NCBI GenBank assembly: GCA_947625705.1
Contig: CANQPG010000005.1
Coordinates: forward strand, 2,531-66,530
Direction of reading: 5' to 3'
From: an uncultured Peptococcaceae bacterium
GTDB taxonomy: Bacteria; Bacillota; Dehalobacteriia; UBA4068; UBA4997
Length of the DNA stretch: 64,000 nucleotides
The position numbers and the translations under genes are program-made. The notes under the pieces were generated by a model, which made no database searches, was not told where the DNA came from, and saw only the letters and a program-made list of their open reading frames with translations. Of this stretch, positions 9,486 to 19,026 are shown piece by piece; position 1 is the stretch's first letter; each line of letters begins with the position of its first letter.

Positions 9486-12400
9486 TTAGGTCACGATAAA
9501 GTTGAAATGGCACTGTGCCAGCGGAGCCGTGCCCTGCCGCAGCTCAAAATAGACGCGGTAAGTGCCGGGCGTCATTCCGGCCGGCAATATCAGCTCACCG
9601 GAAAGGCCGTCAGCCGACATGGTATACGTCCAGCCGCTCGTCACAAAATCGGTGTAGCTGGCGTCTTCCGGTTTGGTGCCGGTCTTCCGCTTAACCGCGG
9701 TCAGCACGATACTTTCCCCGTCCGCCGGCGGTTGATCCGGTGTGATCCTGAACTCCAGGCTGCCGCCGGCAGCGCTGTCCACCAGCTGGCTGGCGCCGGC
9801 CGCCGGTTTGGCCACCATGCCCCTGCCATAGGAGGCGGCTTCGCCCCCACCGGATGCGGTCAATGCCAAATCGGGCGCGGCGGCGGAAGCAGCTTTAATA
9901 CTGCCGCTTTGGCAGATAGGCAGCGGGAAAAGCTCTGCCTTAACCGTTGTGCTTTCGTCCGGCGCGGCAAAGTCCCATTTTACCGCGGCGGTCTTGCCCT
10001 GCGTCAGCTGTGTTAAGGGCAGGAACACCGCGCCGTCGCCGACAATCAGATCAAGCTTCGTGCCGCCGGTATTGGCGGCTGCAACCTCCCCTGCCGCCGC
10101 ACCGGAAAGCCCGGTGAGCCGGATCAGCGAGCCGTCCATATAGTCCCAATCACCGGTGGGCGCCGTCACGGTAAGGGTGGTATCCGACCACGACATCGCC
10201 CCGTCCTCGGGCAGATCTGCCAACTTAAACGGCACTTCGCAGGTGGCGCAGCTGCCGGTGGGAAATTCCAGCGAGAAATAATATTCCCCGGGGTCAAGAC
10301 CGCTGTCTCGGAAATCCAGCAGGAAAAGCAGCGATTTGTCCACCACCGGCTGATTTTGCAGCGGCGGCTGCCATGGCCCCCGCCCGCGCACGTTGATCAG
10401 GTCGGTGGCTCTGATGGTTCCGTTCATGCCGCCGCTCTTAACATACCACCTGGGGTTGGCCGGATACGTGAGGTCGGCCATCAATATCCGGATCGGCGTG
10501 GTCACGACCTCGCCGGTGGAAGCGTTTTTCACCGAGATTTGGGGGAAACGTTCCGCGGCGTCGCCCTCGGTCAAAATGGGGGTATAGTTCAAAACCGTCT
10601 CCACGGTGATCGCGCCATTGGGCGCGACGGTGGGAGTAGTCAAATCAGGGGAATAAAACGTGCCATACTGCCGCCCAGCCTTAGCCCGCCCCGTCGATGT
10701 GCCCTCGCCCTGACCCTGGATCTCCACCTCAATGGTAAAGCGGCCGCGGCTGTCAGATGTCTCAGGCTCGCTCTTTTCATGCGCCAGCAGCGTGATGCAG
10801 ATCGTGCCGCCGGCCATTGTGCGGTTCGAGTACGAGAGATCAAAAGTGAAATACGGCAGGCCTTCAACCTTGGTTACCGGATAATGCGGCTGGGTATGCT
10901 GATAAATGATTTCGCCCACGTTGGGGTCAACAGTGCCGTCCGCATTGGTTTTATTCACAATATTGATATAGTGCATCTTGTCATGCCAAAGGTCGTCGTT
11001 TTGCAGCACATACATGGAGAGGGCTTGTGCCTGCGGGCTGCCCGCGGTGACGGGAGCAAGGTCTTTGGTGAGGATCGGCGTAAACTGCTCCAGATTGGGG
11101 TCAACGGGAACAAATACCGTGTCTTTGCGCACCGAAAGCGGCAGCGGAAACGTCAAGGTATCCTGATAATAGCCGTTGGCGTCCGGTGTGGTATCCTTAA
11201 GCTGCATCACCACGCGGGTTTTCACCGTGCGGCCGCCCAGCTGCCAATAATGATAACTTGCCGTCGCACCGGAATGAAGCGAAAGCCCCTCGGGCATCGT
11301 CTGATCCGGATCGGCCACGAACGCGCCGGTATTGATCTGCACGCCGTTTTCGTCCATGCCGTCAGGATCGCCGATATCGCTTTGCGTATTGGCGTGAATA
11401 AAGACGCCGTGATCCTCGGTATCCCCCTCGGAGCCCACCCAGCGCAGCGTGGTGACGCCCTTGACCTCGCCGTATGTCATCGTCTGGGTGCCGTTGGATA
11501 TCACCTTGGTGCCGATGATCAGCAGCTTGCCCGCCTGAATGGTGAGGACGTTGCCGTCTGCTTGCTCCGCCGGCGTGGCGCCGTCTTCCTTATAACTGCC
11601 GAAATTCGCCACCTCGTTGAGCTCGGTGTTGGCCGTCAGCTGCGATTTGACCAGTCTCACTTCCCCCCGCACCTGGGCGATGGAAAAGTCCAGATTGGTG
11701 CCGTCCACCTTATCGGTGGCGCCGGTCAAAGTGAGGTTACAGTTTTCAATGGTCACGGTATCGGCACGCTGCAGCGAATCGATCTCGCCGCTGAGGTTTT
11801 TCACATTGAGCGTGCGGGTGCCGCTGACCCGCGTCAGGTTACCGGAGCCGAAAATGCTGCCGCCGATGGTAACGTCGCCGGCGGTTTGCTCCACGTTAAC
11901 GGACGAATCGCCAAAGACGAGGAATTTTTCCTCATTGAATGTGGTGCCCTGGCCGTTGCAGCCGCCATAGATGGTCTTTTCCACGGTCACCGCCCCGGTA
12001 TCCGACGTAATATTCACAGCAGTGTCCCCGGTGATACGCGCCATGCTGGAGCCGCCGAACACCCTGAGGCCGATCCGGCCGCCCGAGATGTTAACGGTGC
12101 TGCTGCCAAAGACGGCGCCCAAGCCCTTGCCGCTGCCGACGCCGCTGCCGCCGCCGAACACGTCCCCGCTGATGAAACTCGTCTGCGCAACCGTGACGGT
12201 CGCGGAGCCGCCCACCGGGTTGGTTATTACCGCGGTTTCGTCAGTGTTGAACGTGCCCAAGCCCACCTTGCCGCAATAGCTGCCGCCGTAAACGCTGCCC
12301 AAAATCCTGCCGCCGGAGATCAGCACATTGGTCAAAACCGTGTTGGCGTCGGCGTTAAAGCCCCTGCCCTCCATGCCGATGGTGCCCAGCGAGCCGCCGC

Positions 12401-15400
12401 CATAGACATTGCCGTTGGCCACACTGCCGTCAATGCTTTCCTTGCCCACGGTGCCGCCGCTGATGCTAACGGTAGCAGAACGAGCCACCGCGCCGATGAT
12501 ATCGTCGGTGATATCCTCATTAATTTGCAGACCCTGGCCGCCGCCGTAGATATTCCCCGCGATGTCGCCGCCGGAGACTTCCACTTTGGTGGAGCCGCCG
12601 GCGCCGGCGTCGTCCCCCGCGTCAGTGATAACATTCTGCACCACGGCCTGGTCGCCGCCGCCGTAAACATTGCCGGTGACCAGGCCTCCCGATACAGATA
12701 CCGCTGTATCCCCGGTGACGGCGGCAGTCTCGGAATAACCGCCGCCATAAACATTACCCTGCACCGTGCCGCCCTGTACGGTAACGGCAGTATTGCCGGT
12801 AAGCTCGGCCTTATTGCCCCCGCCATAGACATTGCCGCTCACCGTGCCGCCGCGAATGTCAATAGTGGGGTTACCGGTGAGACTTGCCACATTGCCGCCG
12901 CCGTAGATATTGCCGCCCACACTGCCCTGATAAACGGTGACAAACGTGCTGCCGGTCATAGCGCTGCCGCTGTCCTCGACACCGGAAAGGCCGCCGAAGA
13001 CGCTGCCGGTCACACTGCCGCCCACCATGGTCAGTTTGGCGTCGCCATTGACCGTGCCCTCGTCCGAGGAAGCCACCAAATCGTTATTTATCGTGCCGCC
13101 GGCCATATAAACGCTGGAAAGACCGGAGGTGGAATTGCCTTTCTGATAGCCGCCGCCAAACAGGTAATTGGCCGAACCGCCCAGGAAGTGCAGATCACGG
13201 TTGCCCCCGGTCATGGAGACGCGGAAACTGCCGCCGTAAACGCGCTGATAATTGCCGCTGAAAATGGCCACCTGCGACGAGCCGTTAATAGCCGAAGTAC
13301 CGATACCGCCGCCAGTGCCGCCGAATATGTTGAGCGTGCCCGCAACCGTAATGCCATTGCCCATAATGAGCTTGTTGCAGGCGGCATAAAAAGCGTCAAA
13401 ATAATTCTCTCGCGTAAAGGAAGAATACTGCATCATATTGTCGTGCCCGGCGGACAACGCAATATCGCGGATAATCATCGGAGCTTCCAGTCTGGTAAAA
13501 ATATATTCCGAATCCAGCGAACAGGAATCCATGGAAAGCGTTCCGGTGCTGCCGGCCGCGGCAGCGGGATCAGTGCCGGTGACCGTACAAGGCAGTTCCG
13601 GTAAAGTATCGGTTCTGTTCCAATTAAAAATACTTCTCCCGCTCCAGCGCAGCTCGGCGTCGGTATCCACCACGATGATGTTCAGATACTTATCCTGCGG
13701 CGCCTGGCCGCCCGCATATACGCCAGTGAAATTGGCCATTGCCTGAGAAAGCGTATGCCCATAATCCCGCGATTGACTGTCAGCGCCGATGTCGCTCATA
13801 TACGCCGCAACACCCCAGTCCCACTGTGCCGTAAGCGTCGTGCCCGCCGGCACCAGATCGCCGGGGTCATAAGTGCTGCCGTCGTCGCCCAGCCAGCCGT
13901 CGAAGACGATAACCGTCTTGTATCTGCTGTCAGTCACACCGGGCGCGGCGATCTCCTGATTATCCGCGTCGTACAGTTTTTCCGGTGCGGCAAAGCCCAG
14001 ATCCTCCGGCCAGCGGGCATATGTCTGCTCGCCGTCCACGCAGGACATGGCAGCCGCCGTGCCGCTGCCCGTGCCGGGGGCAAACATCACCGTCGCCCCC
14101 TCCGCCAGAAGCACCAGCTCGTCGCTCCAGCAGGCGCATAAAATGGCCTCGCCGGCAGCCATATCCACCGGAAAAGCGTCGCCCGGGGCATATACCTGTT
14201 CACCCTCGGCGGTCAGCCAGCCCCGAAAAGTCCCCAACTCGGTGGCCGGGGCAAAAAATGCCGGGCAGGCCGGGGCGACCGCCTGACCGTTAAGCGCCAA
14301 AGCGCGCGCGGAAACCGCCTCGCCTGTTCCCGCGCCGGGAAGCAGATAAAGCGTAATTTCGCCGTCCGCCAATGTGTAGCCGGCCGCTTCGGCTGCGGCC
14401 AGGAATGTAAAATTCTCCGGGGCGCACAGGAACAAACCCGCCTGCCCGCCCGCGGCAGCGGGATAAAACACATCATTGCCCACCGTCTGCTGCGTGCGAA
14501 CTTCCACCCGATAATCGACCTGCGGTTCTTCGGTCTCCGCCGGCGTCGGTTCTTCGGTCTCGGCCGGTGCAGGTTCCTCGGTCTCCGCCGGCGTCGGTTC
14601 CTCAGTCTCCGCCGGTGCAGGTTCCTCGGTCTCCGCCGGTGCAGGTTCCTCGGTCTCCGCCGGTGCAGGTTTTTCGGTCTCGGCAGGCGCAGGCTCCTCG
14701 GTCTCCGCGGGCGTCGGTTCTTCGCTTTCCGCCGAGACATCATCTGCCGTTGCCGCCAAGGCAACTTTCGTACCGAATATGGCAGCAAGTATTGTGTTCC
14801 CGGTCGGGGTCTGCTCATCTTCCGCCGGCGCTGGCTGCTCGTCTTCCACCGGCGCCGGCTGCTCCTCTTCCGCCGGCGCGGGCTGCTCGTCTTCCACCGG
14901 CGCGGGCTGCTCATCTTCCGCCGGCGCGGGCTGCTCGTCTTCCGCCGGCGTTTGGTTCTCATCTTCCGCCGGCACTGGCTGTTCGTCTTCTGCCGGCGTT
15001 TGGTTCTCATCTTCCGCCGGCGTTTGGTTCTCATCTTCCACCGGCGCAGGCTGCTCATCTTCCGCCGGCACTGGCTGTTCGTCTTCTGCCGGCGCCGACT
15101 GCTCGTCTTCCGCCGGCGTTTGGTTCTCATCTTCCGCCGGCGCTGGTTCTTCCTCCTCGATCGGCTCCATCACGTCAGTCGGGTCAACGATCACAATGGG
15201 CGCAGATGTCGCAGGAGTGGTCACGACCTCCTCCAGCGATGTGAAATCATTAAATATGCAGGTAAAGTGCGGAGCTGCTGCCGCGTCCGCGCCGGAAAAG
15301 CAGCCGTCGCCCAATTCCAGCAGGCTGGCAGGCAGCGTCAATGTGCCCGTCAGGTTATAGCAGCCGTAGAACAAATAATCCCCCAGGCCGGTGACCCCCT

Positions 15401-15662
15401 CCGGTATCACCACCGCGGTGATCCGGTCGGCATATGGCGCCAGCGGTGCGGTTTCCGGGGTAAAATCATCGCTTGACCCCGTCCCCTCCAGCGTCAAAAC
15501 CCCGGTGGTGGATAAAACGGCGGTAAGCTCCGCCCCCACGGGGATACGCTCCGCCTCGTCCTCGGCGGTTACCACCGTAAACGACGTGAGGAATACACTG
15601 GTCAGCAAAGAAATGATCAGCAGAACCGACGTCAGCCGCTGCAATGACGTATATTGCCGCAT
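9486..15662 (-). CDS. Giant (2058 aa) secreted adhesin-like protein. Domains in order: signal peptide, BspA-type leucine-rich repeat, two acidic tandem-repeat arrays (PAEDEQPA x~15 and PAETEEPA x~9), a long Gly-rich predicted parallel beta-helix region (recurring NVYGGG / IYGGG motifs) and C-terminal Ig-like beta domains.
   Basis: ORF 9486..15662 with a consensus-like RBS. N-terminus MRQYTSLQRLTSVLLIISLLTSVFL. Repeats are visible in the protein and as 24-bp DNA repeats. It is the last gene of the sipW operon and is followed by a terminator. Confidence 0.85.
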   Translation of the reverse strand: MRQYTSLQRLTSVLLIISLLTSVFLTSFTVVTAEDEAERIPVGAELTAVLSTTGVLTLEGTGSSDDFTPETAPLAPYADRITAVVIPEGVTGLGDYLFYGCYNLTGTLTLPASLLELGDGCFSGADAAAAPHFTCIFNDFTSLEEVVTTPATSAPIVIVDPTDVMEPIEEEEPAPAEDENQTPAEDEQSAPAEDEQPVPAEDEQPAPVEDENQTPAEDENQTPAEDEQPVPAEDENQTPAEDEQPAPAEDEQPAPVEDEQPAPAEEEQPAPVEDEQPAPAEDEQTPTGNTILAAIFGTKVALAATADDVSAESEEPTPAETEEPAPAETEKPAPAETEEPAPAETEEPAPAETEEPTPAETEEPAPAETEEPTPAETEEPQVDYRVEVRTQQTVGNDVFYPAAAGGQAGLFLCAPENFTFLAAAEAAGYTLADGEITLYLLPGAGTGEAVSARALALNGQAVAPACPAFFAPATELGTFRGWLTAEGEQVYAPGDAFPVDMAAGEAILCACWSDELVLLAEGATVMFAPGTGSGTAAAMSCVDGEQTYARWPEDLGFAAPEKLYDADNQEIAAPGVTDSRYKTVIVFDGWLGDDGSTYDPGDLVPAGTTLTAQWDWGVAAYMSDIGADSQSRDYGHTLSQAMANFTGVYAGGQAPQDKYLNIIVVDTDAELRWSGRSIFNWNRTDTLPELPCTVTGTDPAAAAGSTGTLSMDSCSLDSEYIFTRLEAPMIIRDIALSAGHDNMMQYSSFTRENYFDAFYAACNKLIMGNGITVAGTLNIFGGTGGGIGTSAINGSSQVAIFSGNYQRVYGGSFRVSMTGGNRDLHFLGGSANYLFGGGYQKGNSTSGLSSVYMAGGTINNDLVASSDEGTVNGDAKLTMVGGSVTGSVFGGLSGVEDSGSAMTGSTFVTVYQGSVGGNIYGGGNVASLTGNPTIDIRGGTVSGNVYGGGNKAELTGNTAVTVQGGTVQGNVYGGGYSETAAVTGDTAVSVSGGLVTGNVYGGGDQAVVQNVITDAGDDAGAGGSTKVEVSGGDIAGNIYGGGQGLQINEDITDDIIGAVARSATVSISGGTVGKESIDGSVANGNVYGGGSLGTIGMEGRGFNADANTVLTNVLISGGRILGSVYGGSYCGKVGLGTFNTDETAVITNPVGGSATVTVAQTSFISGDVFGGGSGVGSGKGLGAVFGSSTVNISGGRIGLRVFGGSSMARITGDTAVNITSDTGAVTVEKTIYGGCNGQGTTFNEEKFLVFGDSSVNVEQTAGDVTIGGSIFGSGNLTRVSGTRTLNVKNLSGEIDSLQRADTVTIENCNLTLTGATDKVDGTNLDFSIAQVRGEVRLVKSQLTANTELNEVANFGSYKEDGATPAEQADGNVLTIQAGKLLIIGTKVISNGTQTMTYGEVKGVTTLRWVGSEGDTEDHGVFIHANTQSDIGDPDGMDENGVQINTGAFVADPDQTMPEGLSLHSGATASYHYWQLGGRTVKTRVVMQLKDTTPDANGYYQDTLTFPLPLSVRKDTVFVPVDPNLEQFTPILTKDLAPVTAGSPQAQALSMYVLQNDDLWHDKMHYINIVNKTNADGTVDPNVGEIIYQHTQPHYPVTKVEGLPYFTFDLSYSNRTMAGGTICITLLAHEKSEPETSDSRGRFTIEVEIQGQGEGTSTGRAKAGRQYGTFYSPDLTTPTVAPNGAITVETVLNYTPILTEGDAAERFPQISVKNASTGEVVTTPIRILMADLTYPANPRWYVKSGGMNGTIRATDLINVRGRGPWQPPLQNQPVVDKSLLFLLDFRDSGLDPGEYYFSLEFPTGSCATCEVPFKLADLPEDGAMSWSDTTLTVTAPTGDWDYMDGSLIRLTGLSGAAAGEVAAANTGGTKLDLIVGDGAVFLPLTQLTQGKTAAVKWDFAAPDESTTVKAELFPLPICQSGSIKAASAAAPDLALTASGGGEAASYGRGMVAKPAAGASQLVDSAAGGSLEFRITPDQPPADGESIVLTAVKRKTGTKPEDASYTDFVTSGWTYTMSADGLSGELILPAGMTPGTYRVYFELRQGTAPLAQCHFNFIVT
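14524..14735. repeat. Tandem array of ~9 x 24-bp coding repeats (PAETEEPA units) inside the giant adhesin gene
   Basis: Seen directly: the unit ggttc(t/c)tcggtctc(c/g)gccgg(c/t)g(t/c)(c/a)g is iterated. Confidence 0.8.
14805..15165. repeat. Tandem array of ~15 x 24-bp coding repeats (PAEDEQPA/PAEDENQT units) inside the giant adhesin gene
   Basis: Seen directly: the unit ctggctgctcgtcttccaccggcg is iterated with minor variants. Confidence 0.8.
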
Positions 15663-15696
15663 CGTGTATCCCTCCTTTCGCCGGGGTCAATCAAAA

Positions 15697-16596
15697 TCAG
15701 TTGGTCGCCGCGGGCGCTTCGGCAACGGTATATGTAAAATCGCTCTCGCTGTAAACGTCCTCGGTATTCCTTTTCAGCAGAACCAGCGAGACCGTGCCCT
15801 GCGCGGGGATCAGCAGCGTACCCGTACCGGTGGCGTCAGTCGCCTGGGTCTCCCAGGTCGGATCCGGCACCAGCCGCATATCCTTATCCCGGGAATCCTC
15901 GGCCAGCAGATAAAACTCGCTGACCTTCAGCTTCAGACCCTCCACCAAGCAATCCTTTTGGCCGGTATTGTAAAACGTCACAGCCACCGCGCCATAGCTG
16001 CCTTTGCGGTCGGTCACTTTCATCACCACGGCGCTGTCCGCTGCCGCCAACGCCACCTGGGCGGTCAGCGTTTTGGCGTAAGGCGCGGTGGAGACCACGC
16101 TCACGGTCACCTCGTCAGTCCCGTCGGCGCCGAACGCTGCCACCGGGATCAGGCAGGTTATCGTCCTGTCGTTGACCGCCTTGCCGGCGATGGTTCCGCC
16201 GCTCCCGGTGCTGCCGCCGTCGTTCCAGGTAACGTCCACCGTATCGCCCGCCTGATTGACCGCGGCGCAGGTGTACATGATATCATTTTGGGTGGGAAAA
16301 TCCGCCACCGCATAATTCTTCAGCGTAAATGTGAAAGGCACCGTTTTGCCGCTTTCGTCGGGCGAGATACGGTGCAGCGTGCCGTCCAGCTCGCTGCTGG
16401 TAAAATAGAAATCCCCCGCCGTCACCAGCGAGTTATTCGACCAGTCCTGCAAATAACGGGCAGCGGTCACGCCCAGCATGGCCGCTGCGGCAAGGACTGC
16501 CGCCAGCAGCAGCAGACGCACCGCCGGCGGGCGGTGGAGAAAAGACGGGCGTCCGGCCGCCGTTTCGGCAGATTTTCGGGCTTGCTGCTGCGCCAT
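15697..16596 (-). CDS. Secreted TasA/BsaA-like protein 3, a putative SipW-cognate substrate. It has a long basic N-region, a hydrophobic core, and then the motif TAA|RY.
   Basis: N-terminus MAQQQARKSAETAAGRPSFLHRPPAVRLLLLAAVLAAAAMLGVTAARYLQDWSNNSLVTAG, which resembles SipW-cognate signal peptides (TIGR04088-like ...A.Y..D...NN...AG). The mature part is beta-rich and Thr/Gly-rich. RBS GGGGGAGGAAAA lies upstream. It is in an operon with sipW. Confidence 0.6.
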   Translation of the reverse strand: MAQQQARKSAETAAGRPSFLHRPPAVRLLLLAAVLAAAAMLGVTAARYLQDWSNNSLVTAGDFYFTSSELDGTLHRISPDESGKTVPFTFTLKNYAVADFPTQNDIMYTCAAVNQAGDTVDVTWNDGGSTGSGGTIAGKAVNDRTITCLIPVAAFGADGTDEVTVSVVSTAPYAKTLTAQVALAAADSAVVMKVTDRKGSYGAVAVTFYNTGQKDCLVEGLKLKVSEFYLLAEDSRDKDMRLVPDPTWETQATDATGTGTLLIPAQGTVSLVLLKRNTEDVYSESDFTYTVAEAPAATN

Positions 16597-16644
16597 TTTT
16601 CCTCCCCCTCTCCGCTGATATAACAGGTTGATATCCGCCGCTGC

Positions 16645-17229
16645 TCAGGCGTCGGTGCTGAGCCGCTGCCGCGCCAGCACGGTAACGGTCACCAGATCGA
16701 TCTCGTCGGCATAGCCCGCGTCGCTGGCCGCCTGCGGCCAGTTGACCGTCAGCGTATAAGTGTGCTCCTGCCTGGCCAATTTGCCGTCGGCGGCGTCCTG
16801 CACCAGCGGGAAAGCGCCGCCGGTGAGCGTTTGGCTTTTGGCGCCGCCCGTCAATATCGTTCCCGTATCGGTGACGGTGCCGGCAGTGCCCGCGTCCCGG
16901 GCTGCGGCAAGCTCAAACTCCAGCGGCAGATTGCCGGTGGTCTCCACCGTAATGTCATAATCCAACGCCACCTCGCTGACGGCGTCATCTTTATAGTTCA
17001 CAACTTTGAATTGCAATGTTTGGGGGTCGCTGCCGGGGAACATGCCCTCAATGACCATGCGGATAGGTTCGCCGCCGCCCGCCGCCATTGCGGCCACCGT
17101 GGCCGTGCCGCTGCCGCCCGTCGTGGCGGCATACCGCGCCAGGGTCACCGAAACTATCAGGGTGGTGACCAGCCCCAGATAGATCAGATAGAGCCAGAGC
17201 CGACTATACTTTTTTCCCGGTATCCTCAT
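16645..17229 (-). CDS. Secreted TasA/BsaA-like protein 2, a putative SipW-cognate substrate. It carries the motif TLA|RYAATTGGSGTATVAAMA.
   Basis: N-terminus MRIPGKKYSRLWLYLIYLGLVTTLIVSVTLARYAATTGGSGTATV. The start overlaps the 3' end of sipW1 (translational coupling). It shares the motif with protein 1 (TLAKYASEASGTATATVAKWA). Confidence 0.6.
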   Translation of the reverse strand: MRIPGKKYSRLWLYLIYLGLVTTLIVSVTLARYAATTGGSGTATVAAMAAGGGEPIRMVIEGMFPGSDPQTLQFKVVNYKDDAVSEVALDYDITVETTGNLPLEFELAAARDAGTAGTVTDTGTILTGGAKSQTLTGGAFPLVQDAADGKLARQEHTYTLTVNWPQAASDAGYADEIDLVTVTVLARQRLSTDA

Positions 17230-17719
17230 GCTGCTCCGCCCCCCGTTTCTCCGGCAGAAAAATCAATATCGCGCCCCCGGCCGCCAAAAGCAATATGCCA
17301 AGGGGCTTTTGCAGCAACATCAACAGCTCGCCCGCCCCGGGCAGGCACAGCACCACCCGCCCCAGCACGTCCGCCGGGGGCACCGCCGCATCGTCGGGGG
17401 TGTTGTTGGCGTCGCCGCGGGTACGGTAAGCCGCCGCCGTTTTCTCGATAATTCGGTGGGTCACCACCGCGCCCTCCTGCCGAAAGGTGATGATATCCCC
17501 CACCGCATAATCCGCCTCGCGGTGGGCGATGACCATTGAACCGGCGGGGAGCGTTGGCTCCATGCTGCCGGTGGTGACGATCATCGGATAAAATCCCAGC
17601 ACGTGCGCCGGTTCCTGGTGCAGCACAAAGCGGGAAACCAGCAGCCCCATATCAACGGCCAGCACCAACGCCAGCAGGCAGACAAGTATGCCCCGGATAA
17701 ATCTCAGCAGCGTCCTCAT
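17204..17719 (-). CDS. sipW: Signal peptidase I, SipW/Sec11 (ER/archaeal) type, copy 1
   Basis: Motifs TGSMEPT, VTHRII and RGDANNTPD match the B. subtilis SipW boxes (SGSMEP / THRIV / GDNN). It has an N-terminal TM segment and a C-terminal TM segment. Confidence 0.85.
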   Translation of the reverse strand: MRTLLRFIRGILVCLLALVLAVDMGLLVSRFVLHQEPAHVLGFYPMIVTTGSMEPTLPAGSMVIAHREADYAVGDIITFRQEGAVVTHRIIEKTAAAYRTRGDANNTPDDAAVPPADVLGRVVLCLPGAGELLMLLQKPLGILLLAAGGAILIFLPEKRGAEQHEDTGKKV

Positions 17720-19026
17720 ACTGCGTCCTCCACCCGTATGTTCAGATGCAGGGTATAGATCCGGCCGTCGCGGCTGCCGAGAGCGGTGTCCACAACGTCG
17801 TTGCCGTCAAAAGGCCAGCGCCATTCAATGCGATAGCGCCGCTCACCGCTCGCCGCCAGCTGCACTGCACTGCTGACCGTTTCGCTGTCCAGAGCGGCAG
17901 TCTGCCAGTCCGTAAGCCCCCTGGGGGTCAGTTCATCAGTGGCCAGGCGGTATTCCAGGGGAATATGAAAATCCCCCTCCTTGATACCCAGGGTAAATTT
18001 GATGGCTCGGCTGCGGCCGTTTTTCACCCGAAAAAGATAATACCCCTCCGAGCCCGGCGCGATCAGCCTCTCGCCGTAGCCGTCCAACGGGCGGAACAGG
18101 TCGATCTCGGCCTGCTGCGTCCAGGTCTGCCAGCTCGCGCGGTCATCGCTGCGGCTGACCTCGACGGTTCCGGGGTCAGTATCGGGCGGCGTGGGCGGTT
18201 TGGGGTCAGGGTCGGTTCCCGAACCACCGCCGCCACCTCCGCCATCATCAGCACCGCCATCATCAGGCGCGGGCGCCGGCTTATCGGTGGGCTTATCGTC
18301 CGGTTTATCACCCGGTTTGTCCATCGGCTTGTCCGTGGGTTGTTCCGTCGGCTGCTCGCCGGGCTTGTCCGTCGTCTGCTCGCCGGGCTTAGCCCCCGGC
18401 GGTTCCGCCGGCGTTGTGCCGGGGCTGGCCGCCGCCTCATCTGCCTCACGGGTGCCTCTAAGCTCCACGTCAAGCCCGCCGTCGCCGTCCAATGTCAGTT
18501 CCACGTCCACCTCAACGGTCACGACCTTAATGTGCAGCACGCACACCATTGCTTCATAGTCAATGTAAGCGTCGCTCGCCGCGTCGCGAACCACGCGAAT
18601 GGTGCGGCCGGCCAGCACATTGCCCGCCGGATCCAGCACCGATAGCTCATGCTCCCCCGGCTCCACCTCATCAAAACGAAAATGCCCCGTCTCACTCAGG
18701 CGGGCGTAACGGGGCTCGCTATGGAGTTCCACCGAACCCTGCGAAAAAGGCGTGCCGTTGGTATAATGCACCACGCCCACAATGCTGATCCGCTCCGTCA
18801 GCTCCCCGGTTTGCGTGTTATCCGCAGGCGGCTCGGGCTGATCTGCGGGCGTAAGAACGATGGTGTCGATCAGCGCACCGGAGCGCCCGGGATCGGTGGT
18901 TCTGCCCAGCAAAAAGCCCACAATGCAGGACGTGGCCAGCATCAGAAACAGCAACAGCAGCAGCAAAGGCAGAATGATCCTGCGCTTTTGCCGTGCCGCC
19001 GTTTTTGCCTGAGCAGCTGTGTTCAA
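17716..19026 (-). CDS. Membrane-anchored accessory protein. Domains in order: N-terminal TM segment, transthyretin/carboxypeptidase-regulatory-like beta-sandwich domain, Pro/Asp/Lys-rich linker (DKPGEQPTEQPTDKP...), and a C-terminal globular domain. It is possibly a TapA-like fibre anchor or assembly factor.
   Basis: ORF 17716..19065. The probable real start is TTG at 19026, preceded by AAGGAGGAA plus a 7-nt spacer. The N-terminus is then MNTAAQAKTAARQKRRIILPLLLLLLFLMLA. A GSVEL...GHFRFDEVEPGEHELSV beta-sandwich motif is present. It lies between the two sipW modules. Confidence 0.55.
   Translation of the reverse strand: MNTAAQAKTAARQKRRIILPLLLLLLFLMLATSCIVGFLLGRTTDPGRSGALIDTIVLTPADQPEPPADNTQTGELTERISIVGVVHYTNGTPFSQGSVELHSEPRYARLSETGHFRFDEVEPGEHELSVLDPAGNVLAGRTIRVVRDAASDAYIDYEAMVCVLHIKVVTVEVDVELTLDGDGGLDVELRGTREADEAAASPGTTPAEPPGAKPGEQTTDKPGEQPTEQPTDKPMDKPGDKPDDKPTDKPAPAPDDGGADDGGGGGGGSGTDPDPKPPTPPDTDPGTVEVSRSDDRASWQTWTQQAEIDLFRPLDGYGERLIAPGSEGYYLFRVKNGRSRAIKFTLGIKEGDFHIPLEYRLATDELTPRGLTDWQTAALDSETVSSAVQLAASGERRYRIEWRWPFDGNDVVDTALGSRDGRIYTLHLNIRVEDAV

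Noticed and set aside
10356-13604. 1082-aa ORF on the plus strand
   Set aside because: It is antisense to the giant adhesin gene. It is open only because of the GC-rich, Gly-codon repeat composition. It has no RBS, and its sequence is low-complexity and Arg/Ala/Gly-rich.
14524-15165. Possible CRISPR array, considered because of regular short direct repeats
   Set aside because: The repeats are contiguous 24-mers with no unique spacers. They lie in-frame within a CDS and encode PAEDEQPA units. No cas genes are present.
14213-15360. Several Arg- and Ser-rich ORFs (14213..15130 minus, 14567..15244 plus, 14779..15360 plus) that overlap the tandem repeat arrays
   Set aside because: They are alternative frames of the 24-bp repeats inside the adhesin gene. 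Their periodic composition comes from the repeat, not from coding.
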